From contig JACPTS010000003.1 in the NCBI GenBank assembly GCA_016192685.1, forward strand, positions 15,119 to 79,118: 64,000 nucleotides of DNA. Direction: 5' to 3'. Shown here piece by piece: positions 28,318-37,114 of the stretch; positions within the stretch are counted from its first letter, which is position 1; each line of letters opens with the position of its first letter. The notes beneath the pieces are model-generated. The model made no database searches, was not told the DNA's origin, and was given only the letters and a program-made list of their open reading frames with translations. The stretch is from Candidatus Harrisonbacteria bacterium. Its GTDB lineage: Bacteria > Patescibacteriota > Minisyncoccia > UBA6257 > 02-FULL-45-10c. The position numbers were made by a program, and so were the translations under genes.

Positions 28318-28623
28318 ATGAGTATTTTAAATATCTTTACCAAAATATCTCCGGAGGAAAATTCCCAATCCCGAAATCAAAAAATATCCTCGCAGAACCG
28401 CAAGTTAAAAGGCGTGGTAGTTTCTAATAAAATGAAGAAGACCGTAGTGGTGGCAATTACCCGCTCAAAAAAACATTCCAAATATCAAAAATACTTCACG
28501 GTTACTAAAAGATTTAAGGCTCATGACGAAAAAAATGAATATCAAGTCGGGGATAAAGTAATCATTCAGGAAACCAGGCCAATAAGCAAGGAAAAGCGAT
28601 GGATAGTAATAAGTAAAATCTAA
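28318..28623 (+). CDS. rpsQ: 30S ribosomal protein S17 (N-terminally extended)
   Basis: S17 core ([16 protein letters not shown] ... KRWIVI). Confidence 0.9.
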   Translation: MSILNIFTKISPEENSQSRNQKISSQNRKLKGVVVSNKMKKTVVVAITRSKKHSKYQKYFTVTKRFKAHDEKNEYQVGDKVIIQETRPISKEKRWIVISKI

Positions 28624-28629
28624 ATTTGC

Positions 28630-28998
28630 ATGATTCAAGAACGTTCCATATTAAAAGTAGCTGATAATAGCGGCGCGAAAATCGTCCGATGTTTTAGAGT
28701 TTTGGGCGGAAGCCGGAAAAGATATGCCGAAATCGGCGACATTATTATCGCCTCTGTTCAAACAGCGGAACCAAGAAAGGCGGTAAAGAAAAAAGACGTT
28801 GTTAAGGCTTTAATAGTCAGGCAAAGAAAGGCTTTGCGCAGAAAAGACGGCTCCTATCTGCGTTTTGACGACAATGCCGTAGTTTTAATAGACGAAAAAG
28901 GAGAACCGAAAGCGACTAGAATTTTCGGGCCGCTGCCCCGGGAAATTAAAGACAAAAAATTTGAAACTATTTTCGGCATGGCCGAGGAAGTAGTATAA
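28630..28998 (+). CDS. rplN: 50S ribosomal protein L14
   Basis: 122 aa, start [17 protein letters not shown]. Confidence 0.95.
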   Translation: MIQERSILKVADNSGAKIVRCFRVLGGSRKRYAEIGDIIIASVQTAEPRKAVKKKDVVKALIVRQRKALRRKDGSYLRFDDNAVVLIDEKGEPKATRIFGPLPREIKDKKFETIFGMAEEVV

Positions 28999-29000
28999 AT

Positions 29001-29306
29001 ATGAAAATTCATAAAAACGACAATGTTCAAATAATGGCTGGTAAAGATAAGGGAAAACAGGGCAAAATTCTAAAAGTGGATATAAAATCCGGCAAAGTTC
29101 TGGTTCAGGGTTTAAATTTATATAAAAAACACCAGCGGCCGAAAAAACAGGGGGAAAAAGGCGAGATAATCTCCGTTGCCCGTCCGCTCAACTTTTCCAA
29201 TGTAATGCTTGTTTGTAATTCCTGCGCTAAACCGGTCAGAATCGGCTTTAAAATTGAAGGCGAAGATAAAATCCGCTATTGTAAAAAATGCAAATCCAAT
29301 CTATGA
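29001..29306 (+). CDS. rplX: 50S ribosomal protein L24 (with C-terminal CxxC...CxxC zinc ribbon)
   Basis: KOW motif near the N-terminus. The C-terminal CNSC ... CKKC is an unusual extension. Confidence 0.9.
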   Translation: MKIHKNDNVQIMAGKDKGKQGKILKVDIKSGKVLVQGLNLYKKHQRPKKQGEKGEIISVARPLNFSNVMLVCNSCAKPVRIGFKIEGEDKIRYCKKCKSNL

Positions 29307-29800
29307 CAAAAGATATGACAAAAGAAAAATACAAAAATTTAGAAAAAATAGTGGTAAATACCGGAGTTGGCCGGCTTTCCAGCCAGCCAAATTTTGAAGA
29401 GAAAATTCTTCCGGAAGTGATAAAAGAAATGAGTTTTCTTACTGGCCAAAAACCGGCCGTACGCCCGGCGAAAATTTCAATCGCGGGATTTAAACTAAGA
29501 AGCGGGACCGCTGTTGGATTAAAAACCACCTTGCGAAAACAAAGAATGGAGGAGTTTTTAAAAAAAGTTATCCGCGTAGTTTTGCCGCGGGTCAGAGATT
29601 TCCGCGGCTTAAAAAAAGAATCCGTGGATAAAAGCGGTAATTTGACTATTGGTTTAAAAGAATACTTGGTTTTCCCGGAAATAAATTCGGAGGTTGCTAA
29701 AACAAACTTCGGCCTGGAGATAACTATAGTGCCGAAATTAAAGAAAAAAGAAAAGGCGATGGAATTATATAAAGAATTAGGAATACCATTTAAAAAATAA
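29303..29800 (+). CDS. rplE: 50S ribosomal protein L5
   Basis: L5 family. The start was chosen at an ATGA overlap with the rplX stop (alternatives at 29288 and 29315). Confidence 0.88.
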   Translation: MTKDMTKEKYKNLEKIVVNTGVGRLSSQPNFEEKILPEVIKEMSFLTGQKPAVRPAKISIAGFKLRSGTAVGLKTTLRKQRMEEFLKKVIRVVLPRVRDFRGLKKESVDKSGNLTIGLKEYLVFPEINSEVAKTNFGLEITIVPKLKKKEKAMELYKELGIPFKK

Positions 29801-29812
29801 AAACTTAAGCGT

Positions 29813-29998
29813 ATGGCTAAAACATCCGTAGTGGCGCGAGCCCAAAAAAAACCAAAATTTTCTACCCGCATTGTCCGGCGCTGTTTTCGCTGCGGAAGAA
29901 AACGCGGCTACCTTAGGGATTTCGGCCTTTGCAGAATTTGTTTTCGGGAATTAGCTACTCACGGTGAAATTCCTGGGGTAAAAAAATCCAGTTGGTAA
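29813..29998 (+). CDS. rpsZ: 30S ribosomal protein S14 type Z (zinc-binding)
   Basis: 61 aa with CFRCGR ... CRIC. Confidence 0.9.
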   Translation: MAKTSVVARAQKKPKFSTRIVRRCFRCGRKRGYLRDFGLCRICFRELATHGEIPGVKKSSW

Positions 29999-30006
29999 CT
30001 TTTAAA

Positions 30007-30041
30007 TAAGTCCTGTAAGACCTATAGGACTAATAAGACTT
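30007..30041. repeat. tandem 9-bp motif array TAAGTCCTG-TAAGACCTA-TAGGACTAA-TAAGACTT abutting the rpsH ATG
   Basis: Member of the GTCCTA/TAGGAC motif family, ending at the start codon. Confidence 0.55.
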
Positions 30042-30422
30042 ATGTATTACGATCTATTAACCAAAATTAAAAACGCTCAAGCAGTTAAAAAAGAAAGTAT
30101 TAAAATTCCTTATACTAATATGGATTTTGCTATTGCCGAAATTCTTGCTAAACATAAATTCGTGGAAGAAGTTTTCAAAAAGGGGAGAATGCCCAAAAGA
30201 GTTTTGGATATAAAACTCAAATATCAAAACGGCCAAGGAAAAATCCTGGGAATTAAATTGCTTAGCAAACCGTCCAGAAAATTATTTGCCGGCTATAAAG
30301 ATATTAAACCGGTTCGGCAGGGGTATGGCTTGCTGGTTCTGTCTACTCCTAAAGGAATTATGGATGGCAAAAACGCCAAAAAAGAAAAAGTCGGCGGGCA
30401 ATTACTATTTGAAATCTGGTAA
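30042..30422 (+). CDS. rpsH: 30S ribosomal protein S8
   Basis: 126 aa, S8. Confidence 0.9.
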   Translation: MYYDLLTKIKNAQAVKKESIKIPYTNMDFAIAEILAKHKFVEEVFKKGRMPKRVLDIKLKYQNGQGKILGIKLLSKPSRKLFAGYKDIKPVRQGYGLLVLSTPKGIMDGKNAKKEKVGGQLLFEIW

Positions 30423-30423
30423 C

Positions 30424-30984
30424 ATGTCTAAAATAGGGAAAAAACCAATAGAAATCCCGGCAGGGGTAAATATAGAAATTAAAGATTCCCGCCTGGAAAT
30501 TAAGGGCAAGGAAGGAGCCTTATCTTTGTCAGTTTTACCATATACCAAAGTTGAATTAAAAAACAATCAAGTTTTGGTAATGGCGGAAGCTGACGAAAAA
30601 CAAGCCCGTTCTAATTGGGGAACAATGCGGGCGCTGGCCCAAAATGCCGTTCTCGGAGTCAGCGGCGGTTTTACTAAAGAATTAGAGATTCAAGGCATTG
30701 GCTATCGGGCGGCCGCCGAAGGCGCTAATTTAGTTTTGAATATCGGCTTTTCTCATCCGGTGAAATTTACGCCGCCAGCAGGAATAAAAATCAGCGTGGA
30801 AAAAAATCTTATTAAAGTTTCCGGGGTGGATAAAAATTTAGTCGGCGAAGTGGCGGCTAAAATCAGAGCTTTAAAAAAACCAGAGCCTTATAAAGGAAAG
30901 GGTATCAGGTATAAAGGCGAAGTAGTCAAAATTAAAGCCGGCAAAAAAGCAGTGAGCACAGCCGGCGCCGGAGCAGCGGCTTAA
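30424..30984 (+). CDS. rplF: 50S ribosomal protein L6
   Basis: Start MSKIGKKPIEIPAGV. The track ORF begins earlier inside rpsH. Confidence 0.9.
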   Translation: MSKIGKKPIEIPAGVNIEIKDSRLEIKGKEGALSLSVLPYTKVELKNNQVLVMAEADEKQARSNWGTMRALAQNAVLGVSGGFTKELEIQGIGYRAAAEGANLVLNIGFSHPVKFTPPAGIKISVEKNLIKVSGVDKNLVGEVAAKIRALKKPEPYKGKGIRYKGEVVKIKAGKKAVSTAGAGAAA

Positions 30985-30994
30985 AATTAAACTT

Positions 30995-31010
30995 GTAGGA
31001 CTTAAGACTT
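30995..31010. repeat. GTAGGACTTAAGACTT motif abutting the rplR ATG
   Basis: Partial member of the TAGGAC/TAAGACTT motif family. Confidence 0.4.
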
Positions 31011-31367
31011 ATGAAAAATATTAAATTAAAAAATCTACAAAAAAAGCGGAGGAAGAGCCGCAATCGGGCAAAAATTTTTGGGACGCCGGAGAAGCCCCGC
31101 CTTTCGGTTTTTAGAAGTAATCGCTATACCAGCATCCAATTAATTGATGATACAACCGGCAGAACTTTATTGGCGCTTTCCACTAAAAATCTGAAAAAAC
31201 AAGGAAAAAATAAATCAGAGCAGGCCAACCTTTTAGGGAAAGAGCTGGCGGAAAAATCCCTCCAACTCGGACTTAAAAAAGCAGTATTCAATAAAGGTCA
31301 ATATAAATATCTTGGTCGGATTAAAGCGATTGCCGAAGGGGCGCGCTCTAAAGGATTAATTTTATGA
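31011..31367 (+). CDS. rplR: 50S ribosomal protein L18
   Basis: 118 aa, L18. Confidence 0.9.
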   Translation: MKNIKLKNLQKKRRKSRNRAKIFGTPEKPRLSVFRSNRYTSIQLIDDTTGRTLLALSTKNLKKQGKNKSEQANLLGKELAEKSLQLGLKKAVFNKGQYKYLGRIKAIAEGARSKGLIL

Positions 31368-31882
31368 ACGAAAACAAACCATTTCAAACAAGAAATAGAA
31401 ACCCGCGTTCCAATCGGCCGAGAAGACAAGATTCGGAATTCCGAAAAGATCCCTACAAAGATAAAGTACTGGACTTGCGTAGAGTTACCCGGGTAGTTGC
31501 CGGAGGCAAAAGATTCCGTTTTCGGGTAACCGTGGTTATTGGCGATGAAAATGGCACGGTAGGCGTGGGAGTTGCCAAAGGACTGGATGTCCAAACATCG
31601 GTGGAAAAGGCCAAAAGAGCGGCTAAAAGCAATATTCTAAAAATTCCGCTGAAGGGCAGGACTATTCCCCATGAAGTAATGGCTAAATTCAGCGCTGCTA
31701 AAGTAATTATCCGCCCGGCAGTTCCGGGCCATGGATTAAAAGCCGGCGGCGCGGTGCGGATAGTTTTATCGCTGGCCGGAGTTAAAGATGCGACAGCAAA
31801 ATGCCTCGGCCGGACGCCGAATAAATTAACTAATGCCCTGGCAACAATGAAAGCTTTGGCTCAGTTAAAAGCTAAAAATTAA
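31364..31882 (+). CDS. rpsE: 30S ribosomal protein S5
   Basis: dsRBD-like and S5 C-terminal domains. ATGA overlap with rplR. Confidence 0.95.
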   Translation: MNENKPFQTRNRNPRSNRPRRQDSEFRKDPYKDKVLDLRRVTRVVAGGKRFRFRVTVVIGDENGTVGVGVAKGLDVQTSVEKAKRAAKSNILKIPLKGRTIPHEVMAKFSAAKVIIRPAVPGHGLKAGGAVRIVLSLAGVKDATAKCLGRTPNKLTNALATMKALAQLKAKN

Positions 31883-31889
31883 AAGTTTT

Positions 31890-32276
31890 ATGGAATTATT
31901 TCACGGCTTAAAAAATAAAAAAGCTAAAAGGATTGCCCGCGGAGGCAAAAGAGGAACTACTGCCGGAAGAGGCACTAAAGGACAGAAATCCCGAGCCGGA
32001 CACCGGATTCGCCCGGCGGAACGGGATCTTTTAATCCGCCTCCCGAAACTTCGCGGCTATAAAAATAAACCTATTTCAAAAAAAATGAGGGCTGTTAATA
32101 TAGGCGATTTAGAAAAAATGGCGGAAAAAGAATTCAGTAAAAATAATTTAGGGCTGGTAAAAATCCTCGGGAAAGGAAAGTTAGCCAAAGCGGTTACCAT
32201 ACAAGGATTGCCGGTTTCAAAAAACGCCAAACTAAAAATTGAGAAAGCCGGCGGCCAAGTAAATAATAAAAAATAA
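31890..32276 (+). CDS. rplO: 50S ribosomal protein L15 (no L30 gene between rpsE and rplO)
   Basis: G/R-rich N-terminus typical of L15. L30 (rpmD) is absent. Confidence 0.85.
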   Translation: MELFHGLKNKKAKRIARGGKRGTTAGRGTKGQKSRAGHRIRPAERDLLIRLPKLRGYKNKPISKKMRAVNIGDLEKMAEKEFSKNNLGLVKILGKGKLAKAVTIQGLPVSKNAKLKIEKAGGQVNNKK

Positions 32277-32280
32277 ATTA

Positions 32281-33543
32281 ATGGATAAATTCCTGCAATT
32301 ATTTCAAATTCCCGATTTAAAGAAAAAACTGCTGGTTATTCTGGGCTTATTGCTGGTTTTCCGGTTATTTTCCGCTATCCCCATACCAAGCGTGGATACG
32401 GAAAGGCTGGCGGCCTTTTTAAGCCAGAATCAATTGCTGGGATTTTTTAACATTTTTTCCGGCGGGGCTTTATCCAATCTTTCCATAGTAATGCTGGGAG
32501 TCGGGCCTTACATCACGGCTACCATTATTCTCCAGCTTTTAACCATGATTTTCCCGCAGCTGAAAGAAATTTATTACGAACAGGGAGAAATCGGCCGGGC
32601 AAAATTTAACCGCCTGTCTCATTATTTAACCGTTCCGCTGGCGGCTTTGCAATCATACGGATTTTTAAACCTGTTAGTCGCCCAGCAAGTTTTGGTGAAT
32701 TTATCCTTTTTTGATATTTTAAGGAATATCACCTTAGTTACCGCCGGCTCCTTATTTTTAGTCTGGTTAGCTGACTTAATTTCGGAACAAAAGCTGGGTA
32801 ATGGCGTATCGCTTTTAATTTTTGCCGGTATTGTCAGCGGATTGCCGCAAACTATCCAAGGCGTAATCGTAACTTATGAGCCAAGTTTGCTTCCAACTTA
32901 CGCCGCTTTCTTAATTTTGGCCATGATTGTGATTGCCGGAGTAGTATTCATTAACGAGGGCGAGAGAAAAATTCCGGTTTCTTACGCAAAACGAGTCCGC
33001 GGCAACCGAGTTTACGGAGGCGCTTCCAGTTATCTGCCGCTGAAAGTCAATCAAGCCGGAGTAATTCCGATTATTTTTGCCATCTCTCTTCTGCTTTTTC
33101 CGCAATTTTTAGCCCAAATTTCCGGATTTATCTCCGTAGATTTATCCATCCGTTTAACTGAATTAGTCAACAAACTTTTAAATAATCAGCTGATTTACAG
33201 CGCCTTTTATTTCTTTTTAGTAGTTTTATTCACTTATTTTTATACCGCTGTTACTTTTGACCCGCAGGAAATTTCTAAAAATTTGCAGCGGAGCGGCGCT
33301 TTTGTTCCGGGCATTCGGCCCGGCCAGCCGACCGGCGAATTTTTAAACAAAATTATAAATAGAACTACGATTTGGGGAGCTTTATTTTTGGGGACAATCG
33401 CGGTTCTGCCCAATCTTACCCAGATTTTAACCGGTATCCAGCTTTTAAGCCTTGGCGGCACCGCGCTTTTAATCGTGGTTTCCGTGGCAATAGAAATCAT
33501 GCGGCATATTGAATCGCAGTTGGTGCTTCGCGAATACGAGTAG
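32281..33543 (+). CDS. secY: preprotein translocase subunit SecY
   Basis: 420 aa, 10 TM helices, conserved SecY segments. Confidence 0.95.
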   Translation: MDKFLQLFQIPDLKKKLLVILGLLLVFRLFSAIPIPSVDTERLAAFLSQNQLLGFFNIFSGGALSNLSIVMLGVGPYITATIILQLLTMIFPQLKEIYYEQGEIGRAKFNRLSHYLTVPLAALQSYGFLNLLVAQQVLVNLSFFDILRNITLVTAGSLFLVWLADLISEQKLGNGVSLLIFAGIVSGLPQTIQGVIVTYEPSLLPTYAAFLILAMIVIAGVVFINEGERKIPVSYAKRVRGNRVYGGASSYLPLKVNQAGVIPIIFAISLLLFPQFLAQISGFISVDLSIRLTELVNKLLNNQLIYSAFYFFLVVLFTYFYTAVTFDPQEISKNLQRSGAFVPGIRPGQPTGEFLNKIINRTTIWGALFLGTIAVLPNLTQILTGIQLLSLGGTALLIVVSVAIEIMRHIESQLVLREYE

Positions 33544-33565
33544 CCGCTCAACTATTTTTCCAAAA

Positions 33566-33816
33566 CGGTTCGGTATACTTCTATGAGAACCGCGGTTCTC
33601 GCGCTCCAGCGGCGCGAGCCCGCTACGCCTCGCCGCGATTTTTGTTTTGCTTCGCCAAGTCTGACTTGGCTTCGCAAAACAAACCAAGCAAATCGCGGCT
33701 CCGTAGTTTCTCTACGAAGCATACCGAACCATTTTGTTTTGATAAAAATAGCTTCGCTTGGTTGGGAGAATATTTTAAAATTTGTAGTTACCGCACGACA
33801 AATAGGCATAGCTCAC
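33566..33816. repeat. R1-family GC-rich nested-palindrome element, copy 1 (between secY and adk)
   Basis: Outer inverted repeats GGTTCGGTATaCTTCtaTGAG / CTCtaCGAAGcATACCGAACC, inner pair CTACGCCTCGCCGCGATTT / AAATCGCGGCTCCGTAG, and a central hairpin TTTGTTTTGCTTCGCCAAGTC-tga-CTTGGCTTCGCAAAACAAA. The core and the tail CCGCACGACAAATAGGCATAGCTCAC recur at 35412-35558. Confidence 0.7.
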
Positions 33817-33874
33817 TTCACTGGATTTTTAAAATAGATATAGCTCGCTTTTGTTGTGATATAATTCTTTCTAT

Positions 33875-34558
33875 ATGAGAAAGGTAATAATAATCTACGG
33901 GCCGCCGGGAGCCGGCAAGGGGACGCAAGCGAATTTGTTGGCTGGCAAGCTGGGGTTAATCCATTTTGACACCGGAAAATACCTGGAACAGCTGCTGCAC
34001 GATTCCGAACTTCAAAAAAACCCGGAGATTAAAAAAGCAAGAAAAATTTTTGATTCCGGCGCTTTGGTAACGCCAAGTTTTGTTTTAAAAGTTACTTCTA
34101 AAAAAACCAGAGAAATTGCCAAAGCCGGCTGGGGCATAGTTTTTAGCGGTTCGCCTCGGACCCTTTTTGAAGCTTTCGGCGATTCAAAAAATGAGGGTTT
34201 AATTCCAGCTTTTGAAAAATTGTACGGCAAAAAAAATATAGTGCCGATTTTGCTGAAAATAGACCCTAAAATTTCAATTTTGCGGAACGCTCACCGCCTG
34301 GTTTGCTCAGTTTGCGGAACAGCCATTTTATACAGCGATACGGAACATCAGCATAAAACCTGCCCTCTTTGCGGCGGAAAATTATACAAGCGAGTGGTAG
34401 ATAATCCTAAGGTTTTTGGAACAAGAATTAAGGAATATCAGGAACGGACCGCGCCGATTTTAGCCGGACTTAAAAAACGCGGCTATAAAATTACGGAAGT
34501 AGACGGCCGGCCGCTTCCCTACAAAGTTTTTGACTCAATTCTGAAGAAATTAAAATAA
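33875..34558 (+). CDS. adk: adenylate kinase (zinc-binding lid)
   Basis: GPPGAGKGTQ P-loop and a lid CxxC ... CxxC (CSVCG ... CPLCG). Confidence 0.9.
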   Translation: MRKVIIIYGPPGAGKGTQANLLAGKLGLIHFDTGKYLEQLLHDSELQKNPEIKKARKIFDSGALVTPSFVLKVTSKKTREIAKAGWGIVFSGSPRTLFEAFGDSKNEGLIPAFEKLYGKKNIVPILLKIDPKISILRNAHRLVCSVCGTAILYSDTEHQHKTCPLCGGKLYKRVVDNPKVFGTRIKEYQERTAPILAGLKKRGYKITEVDGRPLPYKVFDSILKKLK

Positions 34559-34659
34559 TACGAATTTACAAATTTATGCGAATGCTGCGAAAAATACGAA
34601 TTCGTTGTATTTGTAGATTAGCATTTATTCGTAGATTTGTATTATATTAGCGTAAGCGC
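34556..34659. repeat. R2-family about 104-bp palindromic element, copy A (exactly fills the adk stop to map start gap)
   Basis: About 90% identical to 36547-36651. Contains subterminal inverted repeats AATCTACAAAT / ATTTGTAGATT and a central palindrome TACGAATTCGT. It begins at the upstream TAA and ends at the downstream ATG. Confidence 0.75.
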
Positions 34660-35412
34660 ATGATAAAGACCGAAGACCAAATCAAAATGATTCGGATTGC
34701 CGGCAAAATCCTGGCCAATGTGGCAATCAAAATCAAAGAAGCGGCCAAGGAGGGCGTTTCCTTAAAAGCATTAGACCAGCTGGCTAAACGATTAATTGAA
34801 GAAGCCGGCGCCGAGCCGGCCTTTTTGGGTTATCAGCCGTATGGCGCGGAAAAGCCGTTTCCCGCCTCTATTTGCGCTTCTTTAAATGAAGTGGTGGTGC
34901 ATGGCGTTCCGACTGATTATAAGCTCAAATCCGGCGATTTATTAAAGCTGGATTTTGGAGTCGCTTATCAGGGCTTTATTGCTGACGGCGCTTTCACGGC
35001 AGGCGTTGGTAAAATATCAGAAACCGCTAGCCGGTTAATTGGAGTTACTAAGCATGCCCTTCAAATAGGAATAAAAGAATGCAAACCAAATAAAACTTTA
35101 GGCGATATCGGCTGGGCAATTAATAATTATGTTACTAAACACAGCTTTAAAGTAGTTAAGGGACTTTCCGGCCATGGCGTTGGCCTGGAACTCCACGAAG
35201 ACCCGCCGGTTTTTAATGAAGGGCAAAAAAATACCGGATTAAAATTAAAGCCGGGAATGGTGCTTGCATTGGAACCGATGGTCAGCGCCGGCGACCCGTA
35301 TCTTTTACAGTTGCCAGACGACAGCTACGCCACCCGCGATAAAAGCTTAACTGCCCATTTTGAGCATACAGTGTTGATTACGAAAGGGGAGCCGGAAATA
35401 TTGACTCGGTAG
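34660..35412 (+). CDS. map: methionine aminopeptidase type I
   Basis: 250 aa, pita-bread fold with conserved metal-ligand context. Confidence 0.9.
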   Translation: MIKTEDQIKMIRIAGKILANVAIKIKEAAKEGVSLKALDQLAKRLIEEAGAEPAFLGYQPYGAEKPFPASICASLNEVVVHGVPTDYKLKSGDLLKLDFGVAYQGFIADGAFTAGVGKISETASRLIGVTKHALQIGIKECKPNKTLGDIGWAINNYVTKHSFKVVKGLSGHGVGLELHEDPPVFNEGQKNTGLKLKPGMVLALEPMVSAGDPYLLQLPDDSYATRDKSLTAHFEHTVLITKGEPEILTR

Positions 35413-35558
35413 CTCACTATGCTTATTTGTCTACCGGCACCGGCGTTCGCCGACTCCTGCGGTCGGCGCCGCCTACGCCTCGCCGCGATTTTTCGCTTCG
35501 CAAAACCAAGCAAATCGCGGCTCCGTAGTTGCCGTACGACAAACAAGTATAGTTCGCT
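35412..35558. repeat. R1-family GC-rich element, copy 2 (after map; lacks the central hairpin)
   Basis: Shares CTACGCCTCGCCGCGATTTTT, GCTTCGCAAAACCAAGCAAATCGCGGCTCCGTAGTT and the tail CCGTACGACAAACAAGTATAGTTCGC with copy 1. Its own outer inverted repeats are GCTCACTATGCTTATTTGTC / GACAAACAAGTATAGTTCGC. Confidence 0.7.
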
Positions 35559-35570
35559 TATTTTTGGAAT

Positions 35571-35599
35571 TGATTAGTTTTTGTTTTATTGCTATACTA
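35571..35599 (+). promoter_or_regulatory. promoter (TTGATT, 17-bp spacer, TATACT) for a small membrane protein gene
   Basis: Hexamers and spacing read directly from the sequence. Confidence 0.4.
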
Positions 35600-35629
35600 A
35601 TATCAGTACAAAAATACTCGGGGATAAAA

Positions 35630-35773
35630 ATGACAGCCTGGCTTGCCTGGAAAGGAATATTGGCAATATTCGCATTTGTAAATTTTTATTTTGCCTATAA
35701 ATTTAATGATAGTTGGAGAGTATTTCATATTGGTTCCGGACTATTGTGTGTCTATATTTTATTCTCTTGGTGA
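35630..35773 (+). CDS. small hydrophobic protein (47 aa)
   Basis: Internal ATG of the track ORF 35564-35773. Hydrophobic sequence MTAWLAWKGILAIFAFVNFYFAYKF... with its own promoter and a perfect 18-bp palindromic terminator. Confidence 0.35.
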   Translation: MTAWLAWKGILAIFAFVNFYFAYKFNDSWRVFHIGSGLLCVYILFSW

Positions 35774-35796
35774 GACGCTAATTAGCGTCTTTTTTG
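35773..35796 (+). terminator. intrinsic terminator (AGACGCTAAT|TAGCGTCT + T5)
   Basis: Perfect 18-bp palindrome plus a T-run. Confidence 0.6.
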
Positions 35797-35817
35797 TTAT
35801 ACTAAATAAGTAATATC

Positions 35818-36549
35818 ATGGCCAGACCATTTCTATCAGTAATTATTCCAGCCTATAACGAATCTAAGCGGTTGCCGCTGACGCTTATTGATATTGACAA
35901 GCATTTGGAACAGCAGGAATATTCTTACGAAATTTTAGTTGTGAATGACGGCTCTGCAGACCAAACGGCAGAAATTGTAAATCGTTTTATGCCGCTGATT
36001 GAAAATCTAAAAATTATTGATAATAAAGAAAATAAAGGCAAAGGCGCGGCGGTTCGGCAGGGAATGCTCCTTGCCAAAGGCACTTGGCGGCTTTTTATGG
36101 ACGCGGATAATTCCACTTCCATCGTAGAATTTAATAAAATGATTCCTTATTTTAAAGAAGGGTATGAAGTAGTAATCGGCTCTCGTGATGTAAGGGGCGC
36201 CCGGATGCTTCCGCCGCAGGCGTTTTATAAACGCTGGCTGGGTGATATTGGCAATTTATTCATTCAAGCCCTGTTATTGCCCGGAATCTGGGATACCCAG
36301 TGTGGCTTTAAATGTTTTTCCGATGAGGCGGCGGAACGGATATTTCATCTGACAAAAATTGACCGCTGGGGCTTTGACGCCGAAGCATTGGCATTAGCTA
36401 AAGCATTAAACTATCAAATAAAAGAAATGCCGGTATTTTGGGTAAACGATCCCAGAACTCATGTATCCTGGAAAACTTATTTGCAAGTTCTCTGGGAAAC
36501 TGTTAAAGTGCGATGGTGGCTTTGGCAAAATGCCTACGGTATTAAATAA
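35818..36549 (+). CDS. GT2-family glycosyltransferase (polyprenol-phosphate glycosyltransferase-like)
   Basis: LSVIIPAYNES ... VVNDGSAD ... DAD motifs of GT-A fold GT2 enzymes. 243 aa. Confidence 0.7.
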   Translation: MARPFLSVIIPAYNESKRLPLTLIDIDKHLEQQEYSYEILVVNDGSADQTAEIVNRFMPLIENLKIIDNKENKGKGAAVRQGMLLAKGTWRLFMDADNSTSIVEFNKMIPYFKEGYEVVIGSRDVRGARMLPPQAFYKRWLGDIGNLFIQALLLPGIWDTQCGFKCFSDEAAERIFHLTKIDRWGFDAEALALAKALNYQIKEMPVFWVNDPRTHVSWKTYLQVLWETVKVRWWLWQNAYGIK

Positions 36550-36651
36550 TACGAATCTACAAATTTATGCGAATGCTACGGAAAATACGAATTCGTTGTA
36601 TTTGTAGATTAGCATTTATTCGTTGATTAGTATTACACCGAGCGTAAGCGT
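36547..36651. repeat. R2-family about 104-bp palindromic element, copy B (fills the GT2 stop to greA start gap)
   Basis: See copy A. Again spans exactly from the TAA to the next ATG. Confidence 0.75.
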
Positions 36652-37110
36652 ATGGACAAACAATATCTCACTAAAGAACGTTTAGAAGAATTAAAAACAG
36701 AACTCGCGGATTTAAAAGTCCGGCGGCGAATTGAAGTTGGAGAAAGGTTAAAAAAAGCCAAAGAACTCGGCGACCTTTCGGAAAATTCCGAATATTTTGA
36801 GGCCAGGGAAGAACAGGCGCAGGTGGAAACCCGGATTGGCGAATTGGAAGATATGATTAAAAATTCGGAAATTATTGAAAAAACTCGGGCCGGAGCGACA
36901 GTCTCCATCGGCGCCACTATTCAAGCGGAAAAAGACGGCCAACGGAGAAAATTTACGATTGTCGGCTCTAATGAGGCTAAACCGGAAGAGGGCCTGATTT
37001 CCAATGAATCGCCGTTAGGAAGAGCTTTTTTGGGTAAAAAAGCCGGCGATAAAGTGCAGGTCAAAACTCCCGGCGGAATAGCGGAATATCTGGTGATTTC
37101 AATCGAATAA
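36652..37110 (+). CDS. greA: transcription elongation factor GreA
   Basis: 152 aa. N-terminal coiled coil with acidic tip (DLSENSEY) and C-terminal FKBP-like domain. Confidence 0.9.
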   Translation: MDKQYLTKERLEELKTELADLKVRRRIEVGERLKKAKELGDLSENSEYFEAREEQAQVETRIGELEDMIKNSEIIEKTRAGATVSIGATIQAEKDGQRRKFTIVGSNEAKPEEGLISNESPLGRAFLGKKAGDKVQVKTPGGIAEYLVISIE

Positions 37111-37114
37111 TCAA

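Noticed and set aside
33469-33878. Four overlapping ORFs on both strands (33469-33687 -, 33552-33809 -, 33583-33837 +, 33642-33878 +)
   Set aside because: All fall within the GC-rich R1 nested-palindrome element, where long spurious frames open on both strands. There is no RBS or start context, and the core recurs non-codingly at 35412-35558.
35564-35629. TTG-initiated N-terminal extension of ORF 35564-35773
   Set aside because: The extension overlaps the R1 element tail and the putative promoter TTGATT-17-TATACT. The internal ATG at 35630, with a hydrophobic 47-aa product, is more plausible.
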